From a virus: a stretch of DNA of 64,000 nucleotides. The DNA is taken from the IMG/VR virus record IMGVR_UViG_3300037264_003124, positions 6,443 through 70,442 of that record; one strand, 5' to 3'. Of this stretch, positions 1 through 8,817 are shown piece after piece (position 1 is the first letter of the stretch; each line of letters starts with the position of its first letter). Made by a program: the position numbers and the translations under genes. The notes under the pieces were generated by a model. It was given only the letters and a program-made list of their open reading frames with translations, was not told the origin of the DNA and searched no databases.

Positions 1-326
1 CCCACGACGTGAATCAGGCACGACTTTAACGGCGACATCAGGCCCTTGCCGTCCACAGCCTTCGACGCAACCGCCGTGACCTGGTACGTGCCGGCCTGGT
101 AGCCGATGACGCGAAGCTTGACGACGTTCGAGTCGGTCGTGTACTCGCGGAATGCGTCCAGCTCGGGCGGCACGGAAAATTGAAAATCGTCTCCGTCGTA
201 GGTCATTTCGACGGCGGCCAAGCGGCCCACCGCGGCCGTGACCGCCTGTGGCATATCGACCGTTTGCGCCCGCAAAGTAAGCGTGAGCGTCAGCAGCAGG
301 CCGATGATGGTGAGGAGGCGGGTCAT
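1..326 (-). CDS. Secreted hypothetical protein (partial, runs off the window start)
   Basis: Manual translation from ATG at 326 gives MTRLLTIIGLLLTLTLTLRAQTVDMPQ... The N-terminus is signal-peptide-like, the frame is open to position 1, and it has an ATGA overlap with the upstream ORF. Confidence 0.7.
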   Translation of the reverse strand, partial: MTRLLTIIGLLLTLTLTLRAQTVDMPQAVTAAVGRLAAVEMTYDGDDFQFSVPPELDAFREYTTDSNVVKLRVIGYQAGTYQVTAVASKAVDGKGLMSPLKSCLIHVV

Positions 327-541
327 GCGGCCTCCCAAACGATGTGCGGCTCGCCAGAATGGCCGCAGACTGGACAAGCGACATATTCGCGGTCGTCATC
401 ATTTGGCGGACGACCGAAGATACCACCGCACACATGGCCACACGTCTGGCACACGGCATCCCAATCGCCGGGCTCGACAGTCGTCGGAACCTTGACCTCA
501 TTGCCGAGCACGTCGGTTACAAGTAGGTGGGGTCGCGTCAC
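323..541 (-). CDS. Small zinc-ribbon protein
   Basis: CQTC...CPVC motifs; GTG start at 541 preceded by GGAGG. Confidence 0.55.
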   Translation of the reverse strand: MTRPHLLVTDVLGNEVKVPTTVEPGDWDAVCQTCGHVCGGIFGRPPNDDDREYVACPVCGHSGEPHIVWEAA

Positions 542-562
542 TTCTGCACCACCTCCGGGAAG

Positions 563-591
563 TTGTGCACGTTGCCACACTTTGCTATACT
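563..591 (+). promoter_or_regulatory. Sigma70-like promoter
   Basis: TTGTGC (563-568), 17 bp spacer, TATACT (586-591), with an extended -10 TG. It points at the HNH gene. Confidence 0.55.
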
Positions 592-596
592 GTTCA

Positions 597-647
597 GGTG
601 GCTAGGGCGACGGCCCGAACTGCCGGCAACTCCACCGGCATGCCACC
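597..647 (+). ncRNA. Putative structured cis-RNA (three-way junction), copy 1
   Basis: GGTGGC-TA-GGGC(GACG)GCCC-GAAC-TGCCGG(8 nt)CCGGCA-T-GCCACC. Same architecture as 44018-44069. Confidence 0.5.
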
Positions 648-678
648 ACTTATCCTTGGAGGCATGAGGAGAGATGCA

Positions 679-1269
679 ATGGGAAAATTCAAGCACGGCT
701 GTAGTTATAATCCCACTCCGGAATATCGTGCATGGAGTGCAATGCTCAAGCGATGCTACTCTCCGAGCACTCAGTACTTCGAGCATTACGGAGGCCGCGG
801 TATCACCGCCTGCGACGAATGGCGAAGTGATTTTTCTCGATTCCTCGCTGACATGGGCGAACGACCTCCGGGAACTACCCTCGACCGGAAGGACAACGAC
901 AAGGGATATTGCAAGGAAAATTGCCGCTGGGCCACAAGACAAGAGCAAGGCCGCAATCGACGCACCAACGCTCTGCTTGTGTATCGCGGAGAAACGCGAT
1001 GTATTACGGAATGGGCGGAAGTTTGCGGCATCAGTGTTGAGATGCTGAGGACTAGACTCAAGCGTGGATGGAGTATCGAGGATGCCATAGCAAAACCCGT
1101 GCAGCAGCGACATGTGCTTTTTACCTGCTACGGCGAATCCAAGACTCTTGCTGATTGGGCTGATTTCTGCGGGCTGGCCCAAACCACGATTCAGGCACGA
1201 CTGATGCGAGGATGGAGCATCCAAAAAGCGATTGAACAACCAGCTCAGAAAAGAAGGACTACTCATTAG
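679..1269 (+). CDS. HNH-type (YGGRGI family) homing endonuclease-like protein
   Basis: YRAWSAMLKRC, YGGRGI, LDRKDNDKGYCKENCRWAT motifs; two C-terminal copies of a ~40-aa putative DNA-binding repeat (GE..C/L..WA...G.....RL.RGWSI). Confidence 0.8.
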   Translation: MGKFKHGCSYNPTPEYRAWSAMLKRCYSPSTQYFEHYGGRGITACDEWRSDFSRFLADMGERPPGTTLDRKDNDKGYCKENCRWATRQEQGRNRRTNALLVYRGETRCITEWAEVCGISVEMLRTRLKRGWSIEDAIAKPVQQRHVLFTCYGESKTLADWADFCGLAQTTIQARLMRGWSIQKAIEQPAQKRRTTH

Positions 1270-2329
1270 TATCCTCCTCGAAATTCGACAAGGATCTTGT
1301 CGGTCCATATAGCGTTCCGCATTTTTGAAACGCAAAACGCGAACGCGATCCAGTGAGTTTCACGTAATCCTTGAGAAACTGGCCGCCAATCCCATCGCAA
1401 TAATTCACGATTAGCTCCCCGGCCGCTTTATCCGTCGAGTGAATGTGAGCCAGCATTCCTCCGCGAAGCTTAGGCTCTGCATGAAAACTGCAAGCCTCGC
1501 AAATCACTCTCGAACCTGGAGCCACTTCCATCAGCGGATGCTCGCTCGTTAGTTGCCCGGCGTTCTGGCTCATCGAAACAAATCGGATTTGGCCGTACGT
1601 CTTCGGAGTCTTTTTGTCGACGAATTGGAGCCATTGCGTTCGTGTACCGTCGCCGTCAATTCGTAGAGACGAAAAATCGAAGCCACGCGTGTTGCTCGCG
1701 ACGTCACCCAGCCGCAGAAGCGTCTTGACCTCATACGTGCCGCCTCCGATAGCGGTCACATCTCCGCCTGCCTGTACATCGATGGCAATGGGGCTGTTCG
1801 CGAACTTTGGCCGCAAAAACAGATGCTCTAGCGATTGGCTGTTGACCGTCCGATAGCACGCTTCGCTTATGCCCTCGAAGTGGCAGTTATCCGACGTAAT
1901 GTTCGCGCACGTTTGCTCGCCATGCTCAGTCCCACATTGCACGCCGACCTTCATTCCCATGAAGCTGCAATCGCGGATGGCGATGTTGAGCGTCCCCCCA
2001 CTACCGTGCCGGAAGAGAATTCCATGATTGGCCAGCCCGACAAGATTGAGGCCATGAAGAACGAGGCACGTCGCGCCGCTGACCTCGATCATGGGCTTGT
2101 CGGCCGGCCCCTGCCATTCGAGGATAGTTCCCACCCGAACCGAATCCCAGCCCGGATTAGGCGAGCGATTGGGACCGCCCGCCCCGGCTAGGCGGAGTCC
2201 CATCGAACGCCCCACCCGCAACGTGTCTCGGATCACGTAGGTGTGCGGTTGCAGGCAGTCCGGCACACGATTGCCGGGCCGCCGCTCGGCATCGATCCAG
2301 CTCTGAAGTGCTTGGGTATCGTCTCTCAC
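1259..2329 (-). CDS. Pectate-lyase-like parallel beta-helix protein (putative depolymerase)
   Basis: N-terminal DDTQALQ motif; beta-helix-type repeats such as IRDCSF and SDNCHFE. Confidence 0.55.
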   Translation of the reverse strand: MRDDTQALQSWIDAERRPGNRVPDCLQPHTYVIRDTLRVGRSMGLRLAGAGGPNRSPNPGWDSVRVGTILEWQGPADKPMIEVSGATCLVLHGLNLVGLANHGILFRHGSGGTLNIAIRDCSFMGMKVGVQCGTEHGEQTCANITSDNCHFEGISEACYRTVNSQSLEHLFLRPKFANSPIAIDVQAGGDVTAIGGGTYEVKTLLRLGDVASNTRGFDFSSLRIDGDGTRTQWLQFVDKKTPKTYGQIRFVSMSQNAGQLTSEHPLMEVAPGSRVICEACSFHAEPKLRGGMLAHIHSTDKAAGELIVNYCDGIGGQFLKDYVKLTGSRSRFAFQKCGTLYGPTRSLSNFEEDTNE

Positions 2330-2934
2330 TGCTTCGCCACGACACTGATGGTCCCACCGCGATGATCCAGATGAACCGGCGTATAGCTCAGGCTCATCGG
2401 GTCCGGATTCGTGATCGCCACCGCACTCGACCGTCCCTCCGCGGCCGTGTTGACTCGGTACTCCCTGCCAGCCTTGAGCTTCGACGTATCAACGCAGGCC
2501 GTGCAAACGAGCCCGTCCGCCACGATGTCGCCGAACGGCGGTGACCACGGAATGAGCAGAAACCGCGTCGCGTACCCATCACGGCGAACGTCTTCGACCA
2601 GGTGCTGATGCTCGCTCCACAGAGAGCCGTCGAAAGCCTCCTGGTCCGCGTCCACAATCGGAATGAAATCGGCCGTGTCTGTCGGATTCTCGACCCGCAC
2701 CGAGAGGACGATTCCCTCTACCGTCTGGTCTGGATTGTCGCTGCTGATCGTGATTGGGATGCGTACCTGGGCATCGCCTTCGCGGATGTTGACGTTCTGC
2801 GCCGTGATGGTGGCCGTTGGCACGTCGCCGGCCGCACCGAACGTCTGAGGCGCCGTCAGCCGGTCCACCACCTCGGGGGCGTGTTCATGCCCGCACTCGC
2901 GGACGGCCTCGACGAAAGTTTGAAAATCGCTCAT
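2326..2934 (-). CDS. Hypothetical protein with a possible Calx-beta/Ig-like segment
   Basis: ATG at 2934 preceded by GAGGAGG; VNIREGDAQVRIPITIS segment. Confidence 0.5.
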   Translation of the reverse strand: MSDFQTFVEAVRECGHEHAPEVVDRLTAPQTFGAAGDVPTATITAQNVNIREGDAQVRIPITISSDNPDQTVEGIVLSVRVENPTDTADFIPIVDADQEAFDGSLWSEHQHLVEDVRRDGYATRFLLIPWSPPFGDIVADGLVCTACVDTSKLKAGREYRVNTAAEGRSSAVAITNPDPMSLSYTPVHLDHRGGTISVVAKQ

Positions 2935-2945
2935 CTGATTTCCTC

Positions 2946-2966
2946 CTCTGACCTCTGACTTCTGAC
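2946..2966. repeat. Heptamer tandem repeat (CTCTGAC)x3
   Basis: CTCTGAC CTCTGAC TTCTGAC, just upstream of the start at 2934. Confidence 0.7.
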
Positions 2967-3032
2967 TCCAAAAGCCGCCCGCCGCGGCGTGCTGGGGTTG
3001 GCGGCAGCGCCGCGACGGACAACCAGGATGCG

Positions 3033-3323
3033 TTACGCGGCCCCGTCCAACAGTGCGTCGATCTCCCAATCCTTCATCGCCGCCGCCTGGCCGTAGCACT
3101 TGTTCAGAATTTCCTCTTCGTTCTCCCGCCACTCCCGGCGGGTCATGGTGCCAGTAAACGGATTGCAGCACTCCCGCTGTAGCCGGACCTCGAAGCGTCG
3201 CTTGAAGCGTTCCTCGGGCTGGCGGATGAGCCGCCGCTGATTCTCGCGGGACTCGGCTGGGCAGTTTTCGGAGAGGGCCTGGATGACGGCCGTAGCGATG
3301 GAAAGGATGACTGTCCAGTTCAC
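3033..3323 (-). CDS. Hypothetical protein with hydrophobic N-terminus
   Basis: GTG start after GGAGG; WTVILSIATAVIQAL. Confidence 0.55.
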   Translation of the reverse strand: MNWTVILSIATAVIQALSENCPAESRENQRRLIRQPEERFKRRFEVRLQRECCNPFTGTMTRREWRENEEEILNKCYGQAAAMKDWEIDALLDGAA

Positions 3324-3416
3324 GGGGAGCCTCCGGTGCTGATACGAAAAAAGCGTGCTCGACACTCGATAGTGCCAAACACGCCTATTCTTGAGCCCAG
3401 GTGGAGCCTTAATCTT

Positions 3417-3653
3417 TCAGCGTTCCCGGATCAATCCAGGTGGGGCGGCATCCTTATCAGCCGGTATTGTGACCGGCGGCAAGCAAACCGTCAAGACTTT
3501 TAGCGGCCCGTGCTCCGGCAGCCTCTGGATGAGATATTCGGCCGGGGCCACCACCCCAAGCCGCACGCGGTCGTGGCGAATCTCGACGACCTCGACCGTG
3601 ATGGCGTCGCCGATGGCGAGCTGTTCCCCTGCACGCCGCGAAATAACCAGCAT
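3417..3653 (-). CDS. csrA: Carbon storage regulator CsrA/RsmA homologue
   Basis: MLVISRRAGEQLAIGDAITVEVVEIRHDRVRLGVVAP...IQR matches the CsrA consensus. Confidence 0.9.
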   Translation of the reverse strand: MLVISRRAGEQLAIGDAITVEVVEIRHDRVRLGVVAPAEYLIQRLPEHGPLKVLTVCLPPVTIPADKDAAPPGLIRER

Positions 3654-4005
3654 CCGATGCCTCCTCTGTTGGAGGCCATCGTACCACAAATGGCTGCGTG
3701 TTCAACGCCCGCACACCCGCGGCGCAAAAAGACGGCCGCCCAAGCTGAGCGGCCTACGCGAAGAACCCCAGCAGCGCCGCGAGCACCTCGGACAGTCGCC
3801 GCAGGATGACGATGCAGGTGTCGGTCATCGCGTCTGTTTTCGCGAAAAGAGCAGCCCGCCCCGGCGTGTACCAATCTTAGCCTTCGCAGGCAGGACTGAC
3901 CGGAGCGGGCCGCGAGGTTCAAAGGCCGGCCGAGCGGAATATCGAGTCTGCGTTTGGACGCTCCCGAAAAACAAACCGCTTTAATGGGGCCGCTCGGCCG
4001 GACAA

Positions 4006-4227
4006 TTAGCGACGAATGCACTCTCCGTTTGTCTCGACGATTCGACGATTCAAAGCTGCTGCCCTCAGCGCCTCCAAGGCCTTGGAATGTGTCACAGTGA
4101 TCGTGCCGCGCTGTCCGCACACGACGAACCCACTCGGCGTTGGCTCGGCGGAAAATAGTCCGCCGCCCATGAATTCAGCAGCAGCAGACATTTTTTCGTT
4201 TTCGGAATAGAATGCGTATTCGCTCAT
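4006..4227 (-). CDS. Hypothetical early protein
   Basis: 73-aa ORF with GAGGGA upstream. Confidence 0.55.
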   Translation of the reverse strand: MSEYAFYSENEKMSAAAEFMGGGLFSAEPTPSGFVVCGQRGTITVTHSKALEALRAAALNRRIVETNGECIRR

Positions 4228-4312
4228 CTTTCCCTCGCTTTGCTCTCCCGCCTTTGTTGACCCCTCGCGCCGGCGGGTGGCGCTGGGGGGAGGTGTAAGA
4301 GCAGCCCGCCCC

Positions 4313-4543
4313 TTAGTATTCGCAAGCGATTGCGCCTTGGGTCAACGACTCGATTGCACGCTCGTCGTCGTAACGTGCATCGGCGACGTGCCGATCATCA
4401 CGCTTCATGCGGAGCATGAGTTTTCCGGTCTTGTCCCAAAGTCCGGGCTGCAAGTATCTGGTGTAGCGGCGGCTTGCGCCGACTCGCAGGCCGATTGGGC
4501 GGGTGAAGTCCTTGGTCGCCGTTCTGATCTCGTGGTAGGTCAT
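4313..4543 (-). CDS. Hypothetical early protein
   Basis: ATG at 4543 with GAGGA RBS; MTYHEIRTATKDF... Confidence 0.55.
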   Translation of the reverse strand: MTYHEIRTATKDFTRPIGLRVGASRRYTRYLQPGLWDKTGKLMLRMKRDDRHVADARYDDERAIESLTQGAIACEY

Positions 4544-4605
4544 ATTTTCCTCGCATTGCTCTCCCGCCACGCGCCCGGCGGGTGGGCTTTGGCCGGCATG
4601 GCCGC

Positions 4606-4857
4606 TCAATTGTTGAATTCGGCAAACGGCTTCGGCAACAGTTTCTGAACAATATGTGCCGCAGCACTGGCTGCTACCGCCAGCGTTTTGCGTTCGCATT
4701 CCAGCACCGAGTCTGACCACGTGTCGATGATTACCCGGTCGTCGAAACGATCTACCGCGACCCATCGCCCTGGCTGCCTCTCCTGGATATCACACGCAAC
4801 GTAGTCGTTTAGGAGATCGGTCAGGAGGCGACGATCATCTTTTGTTAGCGTCGCCAT
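4606..4857 (-). CDS. Hypothetical early protein
   Basis: MATLTKDDRRLL...; lies downstream of a promoter at 4903-4930. Confidence 0.55.
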   Translation of the reverse strand: MATLTKDDRRLLTDLLNDYVACDIQERQPGRWVAVDRFDDRVIIDTWSDSVLECERKTLAVAASAAAHIVQKLLPKPFAEFNN

Positions 4858-4902
4858 CGTCTCGTCATTTCGGGTCTGGGTTGCATTGCTCGTCATGCTC
4901 CC

Positions 4903-4930
4903 AGTATACCATTTCATTCGTCCGATGCAA
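4903..4930 (-). promoter_or_regulatory. Sigma70-like promoter
   Basis: TTGCAT, 16 bp spacer, TATACT on the minus strand. Confidence 0.45.
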
Positions 4931-4959
4931 TAGCTTATCGGCCGATTCTGCAAAATATT

Positions 4960-5217
4960 TCAGGTTTTTTTCAGCCCTGGTTTTTTGCGGGGTTTCGGCC
5001 GCTTTTTCGTCCCGCCGAAGTAGTTGCCGGGGACGAATGCCGGATTGCCGGCCACGCCGGGCAGGATTTTGCGGAGGTGCTCGACCTCGGCGGAGGTCAG
5101 CACGATGGATGACCCGACCTTGATACCCACCCCGTGGTGGCGGCACGCCTTGTAAATCGTGGTCCGGTTGCGGCCGATGTCTGCGGCCGCTTCGGGGATC
5201 GAGTAGAGCTTTGCCAT
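4960..5217 (-). CDS. Excisionase/MerR-like HTH DNA-binding protein
   Basis: LYSIPEAAADIGRNRTTIYKAC HTH pattern; basic C-terminal tail. Confidence 0.7.
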   Translation of the reverse strand: MAKLYSIPEAAADIGRNRTTIYKACRHHGVGIKVGSSIVLTSAEVEHLRKILPGVAGNPAFVPGNYFGGTKKRPKPRKKPGLKKT

Positions 5218-5298
5218 GCCACCAGCGTAGTCAATTGCATCGCGACGCACAATAGCTGACGCCAGCCGCACGCTCACGCGGGCCGCGAAGAGGCGGGG

Positions 5299-5541
5299 CT
5301 AGCCGACCAGCGCCTCCTGTAATATCTCGCTACGCGACTTCCAATCAGTTTCCAAAGTGCGCCCCTCTAGTCGCCGCTCCCGCAGAACAGCCTTACTCGT
5401 GATTCCATTGTCGAACCAATCGTGGGTGCAATCTTCGCAAGCAACTCCGCTCATTAAGGTGCACTGGGTCTTCGTGAGTGTTCCGCACGCTTCGCACGGG
5501 ACGCCACTCAGCTCGCCCTCTTGCACTGGCTGGTTATCCAT
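5299..5541 (-). CDS. Zinc-finger hypothetical protein
   Basis: CEAC...CEDC. Confidence 0.5.
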   Translation of the reverse strand: MDNQPVQEGELSGVPCEACGTLTKTQCTLMSGVACEDCTHDWFDNGITSKAVLRERRLEGRTLETDWKSRSEILQEALVG

Positions 5542-5812
5542 CACCGCCTCCCAACGCCTCTTCGGCGAGCTCGTAGCCGTGTTTTCCGGAATCGAACGAG
5601 TCAAACACAACCTCTAGTCCGCCGTGCTGGCCTTTGTACCACGAGGCGTGGTCGGCGTACTCCACGAGCGCCGCCTCCATTCGCTCGATGTGATCGGCAA
5701 TGTTGTGCATGCGATTCTTCTCTCCGCGTTTGTAAGCTACGTTGTCGCCGATATAGCGGAGAAACTCGCTGTCGGTTGCCGGGTGGTCACCTTCGATTAT
5801 GTCAGGATTCAT
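5534..5812 (-). CDS. Hypothetical protein
   Basis: Part of a chain of overlapping, translationally coupled ORFs. Confidence 0.5.
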   Translation of the reverse strand: MNPDIIEGDHPATDSEFLRYIGDNVAYKRGEKNRMHNIADHIERMEAALVEYADHASWYKGQHGGLEVVFDSFDSGKHGYELAEEALGGGDG

Positions 5813-6032
5813 CGGCGGCCTTGCTTTCATTCGGTTTGGTTTGGCGGAGGGCGTGCATTCTTTTCAGCGCAGCCCGCGCCCTAGCCGCATCAGCGCCCCT
5901 ATTCGATTCTTTGCCGAGTTCCACCAACGCCTTCTCCGCCACGATCAGCTTGCGGCGGAGGGAGTCGATTTCTATCACGGCCTGCTTCATCACGTCACGA
6001 GCCGTACAGAGTTCTTCAATCGTCAGTGTCAT
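5802..6032 (-). CDS. Hypothetical coiled-coil protein
   Basis: Start overlaps the stop of the upstream ORF. Confidence 0.5.
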   Translation of the reverse strand: MTLTIEELCTARDVMKQAVIEIDSLRRKLIVAEKALVELGKESNRGADAARARAALKRMHALRQTKPNESKAADES

Positions 6033-6505
6033 AGTTGGAACTTGCCTTTCTCGGCAGCTTCCAGGCGGTCGGCGAGCAAGCACATTGCCGATGCTATACG
6101 GTTAGAATTCAACAGGCTATGGAATCGCTTTAGCCAATCGTCCTTTACCTCCGCGTCCTTCTCCGCCGCGACTATCGGTGACTCGGCGCGGACGTAGCGG
6201 CCACAAGCACAATCAAAAGCCATTCCACTTCCATAATTAGGCACTCCCGATGATCTCATGGAAATGTTGAAGCATTTCCATTCCTCATTGTGGCTATCAA
6301 ATTGCCACCACCAGCCCTCCGTGTCCGGCAGCGGAAGCACCGTAGCCGGTTGGGAGCGGCGGGGAATATGAGCCTCAAACCGACTGCCGTCGAACCAAGT
6401 CGTGCCGCACTCGGCGCACTTCCGCAGTTCGCATGCTTGATGCAGCAGATGCAGCAGCAGCACTTCGTCGCATTTGCAGTTTGGACACTGGATCATCGCT
6501 CTCAC
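6029..6505 (-). CDS. Zinc-ribbon hypothetical protein
   Basis: CPNC...CAEC and LPDTEGWWW motifs. Confidence 0.55.
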   Translation of the reverse strand: MRAMIQCPNCKCDEVLLLHLLHQACELRKCAECGTTWFDGSRFEAHIPRRSQPATVLPLPDTEGWWWQFDSHNEEWKCFNISMRSSGVPNYGSGMAFDCACGRYVRAESPIVAAEKDAEVKDDWLKRFHSLLNSNRIASAMCLLADRLEAAEKGKFQL

Positions 6506-7032
6506 TCCGCCGCCGCAGCGGCCTTAAGCATTGCCTCTGAATTCGCATGGACCATCACGAGGGCGCATTCAACACATTGGGTCCACTTCTTCAGACACTT
6601 CGAATACGCAAAAATCTGCCTGTCATCAACATAGATGATGCCAGTCATCGCGTCTTCCAGGGCACGTATCAGTTTCGACAGATCCGGCGATTGAGTAAAT
6701 AGCATCGGAGCCGATGGCTTCATTCGCTCTGCGTTTTTGCCAGTTCCGAAGTGCGCTTGCGGGCGAGCAAAATGAAACTCAACGTCGAGCATGATCGGAC
6801 AGCGAAGCGGCTCCCAGTCAAATCCAACGGCCTCCATCGCTGCTGAACGAACACTGTCCATCCACGCCTTGCTGCGGACGTTGGAATCTCGCGTTGCAAT
6901 TACGGGCCGTCCGTTCCGCATTACCATTGATCCGTCTTTGTGCTTCGGTATCCACGGCGACTTGCTGCCGCGCTGCTGCGGACGACCTAGGACCGTGAAT
7001 TCAATCGTCGTCTGTGTCGGGGGTTTGGGCAT
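6502..7032 (-). CDS. rusA: RusA-like Holliday junction resolvase
   Basis: G.PQQRGSK, PDLSKLIRALEDAMTGIIYVDDRQI. Confidence 0.9.
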   Translation of the reverse strand: MPKPPTQTTIEFTVLGRPQQRGSKSPWIPKHKDGSMVMRNGRPVIATRDSNVRSKAWMDSVRSAAMEAVGFDWEPLRCPIMLDVEFHFARPQAHFGTGKNAERMKPSAPMLFTQSPDLSKLIRALEDAMTGIIYVDDRQIFAYSKCLKKWTQCVECALVMVHANSEAMLKAAAAAE

Positions 7033-7337
7033 CAGTCTTGCTCGTCGTCGTATTCCAACAAAAACTCGCCCTCGCGTCGATTGTCGAGCTTATCGCCATT
7101 GATGTGGTGTACATGCTCGGTTGTAGCCAATCGCCTGCCGAGTCTCGCTTCTATTGTGGCCCGATGAACCGCCTGGCCAGTCGCGATGCGCTTGTATCGT
7201 GTTTTCGTGCCCACTGTGCGAACCCTGGAAAGGCTTGAGCACGATAGCGAGCAGTGTTTTCTTGTGGTCCATTGCTTATGCGACAAATCCTTTGGGAGAG
7301 TGAAAACTCGTCCGCATCGTTCACATGCTTTTTCCAC
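7032..7337 (-). CDS. HNH endonuclease, possibly truncated
   Basis: CERC...HCSLSC, then HR...LGR.L...EHVHHINGDKLDNR; the usual ENL continuation is absent. Confidence 0.7.
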   Translation of the reverse strand: MEKACERCGRVFTLPKDLSHKQWTTRKHCSLSCSSLSRVRTVGTKTRYKRIATGQAVHRATIEARLGRRLATTEHVHHINGDKLDNRREGEFLLEYDDEQD

Positions 7338-8094
7338 CTGTCGCCTCCATAACTGCTTTCGCTATCGCACGCGCCATGGGAATTGGTACGCCATTACCGA
7401 CCGCCTTGCATTTCGCCTCGACCGTGAACGCTGGGATATCGAACCCTTCCGGCAGCCCTTGCTTGCGGCACACCTCCGCGAACGCCAAGCGACTCTTCGA
7501 GTTGAACGGCATAGCTCCTTTGACGCCTCTGAATTTCGGCTTGTCACTGCCGCCGATTGCAATCGGCACTGAACGCGAGCTCCCGCCCGTCGCTGCGTAC
7601 TCGAATTCCTGAGACTCAAAAACGGCCGTATCGATCATCAATGCCGTTGGCATCCCGCGTCGCCTGTCCCCAAACGTCCACCGCCTCACGCGATTCTGTA
7701 CCGCAGGCTTGCCGTCCTCATCGAAGCACTGCCGATTGTTCAGCAGCGTGCTCCACGTCGCGTAGCCAAGCACTTGCGGCGTCGGCGCGTCCGGCACGTT
7801 CTCCATGACGAACCACGTTGGCTGAGCCTCGGCAACGCACCGCTCGAACTCCGGAATCAAGTTGCCGAACTTTGACTCGTAGCCGTTTTGCCGGACCATG
7901 TGAGCAAGACGGCTGAACGCCTGGCACGGAGGGCCGCCGATTATACCGCCCCAGCAACCGGCCGGCGGGTGGAAGCGTCGGATGTCGCCGCCCCACAACA
8001 CGTCTGGGCCGCGCACCACACAAAATCCCTCGAGTTCAAAGGCATGATCCAGGAGTCCTATTCCTGGAAAGAGCGACAAGACGAGGTTGTTCAC
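7321..8094 (-). CDS. DNA (cytosine-5) methyltransferase
   Basis: Motifs FPGIG, GGPPCQAFS, ENV, Q.R.R and GNGV in the canonical order. Confidence 0.93.
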   Translation of the reverse strand: MNNLVLSLFPGIGLLDHAFELEGFCVVRGPDVLWGGDIRRFHPPAGCWGGIIGGPPCQAFSRLAHMVRQNGYESKFGNLIPEFERCVAEAQPTWFVMENVPDAPTPQVLGYATWSTLLNNRQCFDEDGKPAVQNRVRRWTFGDRRRGMPTALMIDTAVFESQEFEYAATGGSSRSVPIAIGGSDKPKFRGVKGAMPFNSKSRLAFAEVCRKQGLPEGFDIPAFTVEAKCKAVGNGVPIPMARAIAKAVMEATGGKSM

Positions 8095-8677
8095 GACACG
8101 CCTCCTGCCACCGTAACTTCACCGTTGGCCACGAACAACCAAGCTCCTTGGATATTTGCAAAAAAGACAATCCCTTGCTTCTCAGAAATACAACGGATGC
8201 AACCAAAATATCCGGTCGATGCATGTGCTGGCCAAGCAGCTTTTCTCTTTGGCGTGCCCTTGCGGATTCCGGAACAGCGCGCCCCATTTTGTGATCGCTC
8301 AAATGTTGCGAGCGCGTCTTGACTTCCAGATTCTCCAAGCGATTGTCGTCCCTTATGCCGTTGATATGGTGTACGTCTTCGTGCCGCTGAAGAGCGCGAC
8401 CAATGGCCTTCGCCATCAAAACTCGATGCTCGAACAACCACTGACCATTCACATATAACTTCACATATCCCTGTCCATTGAGTTTGCGCCCGCCGCCTTT
8501 GTAAAAGTGGTTGTCCTTGCCGTAGCGACGCTGCGGCCTCATTTTGGCGCCGCCACGCACGAGCCTGTCCCACATGGCTTGTCTCGTTACGACAAATATA
8601 TCGGCTACCTGCTGAATCGATTGGCCGGAGTTGTACAACTCCACAGCTCGCAATGTCTCTTGGCTTGGTGTTTTCAT
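8036..8677 (-). CDS. HNH endonuclease with flanking HTH domains
   Basis: EHRVLMAKAIGRAL...VHHINGIRDDNRLENL; N- and C-terminal HTH-like segments. Confidence 0.85.
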   Translation of the reverse strand: MKTPSQETLRAVELYNSGQSIQQVADIFVVTRQAMWDRLVRGGAKMRPQRRYGKDNHFYKGGGRKLNGQGYVKLYVNGQWLFEHRVLMAKAIGRALQRHEDVHHINGIRDDNRLENLEVKTRSQHLSDHKMGRAVPESARARQREKLLGQHMHRPDILVASVVFLRSKGLSFLQISKELGCSWPTVKLRWQEACREQPRLVALSRNRTPGSCL

Positions 8678-8817
8678 CGAACATAGAATACATTCTGTTT
8701 GCCCATCATGTCAATAGTTTCCGGCTCTGCCTTGAAAGCCATTCCGAGAAGGTCTATGCCTGGCATGAGACTCAGCACAAGTTGCATCGCTTCTCCACCG
8801 GCAAAAGGCGGTTAGGG

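Noticed and set aside
2935-3378. N-terminal extension of ORF 2326-3378
   Set aside because: It overlaps a better gene (3033-3323), and a strong RBS supports the start at 2934.
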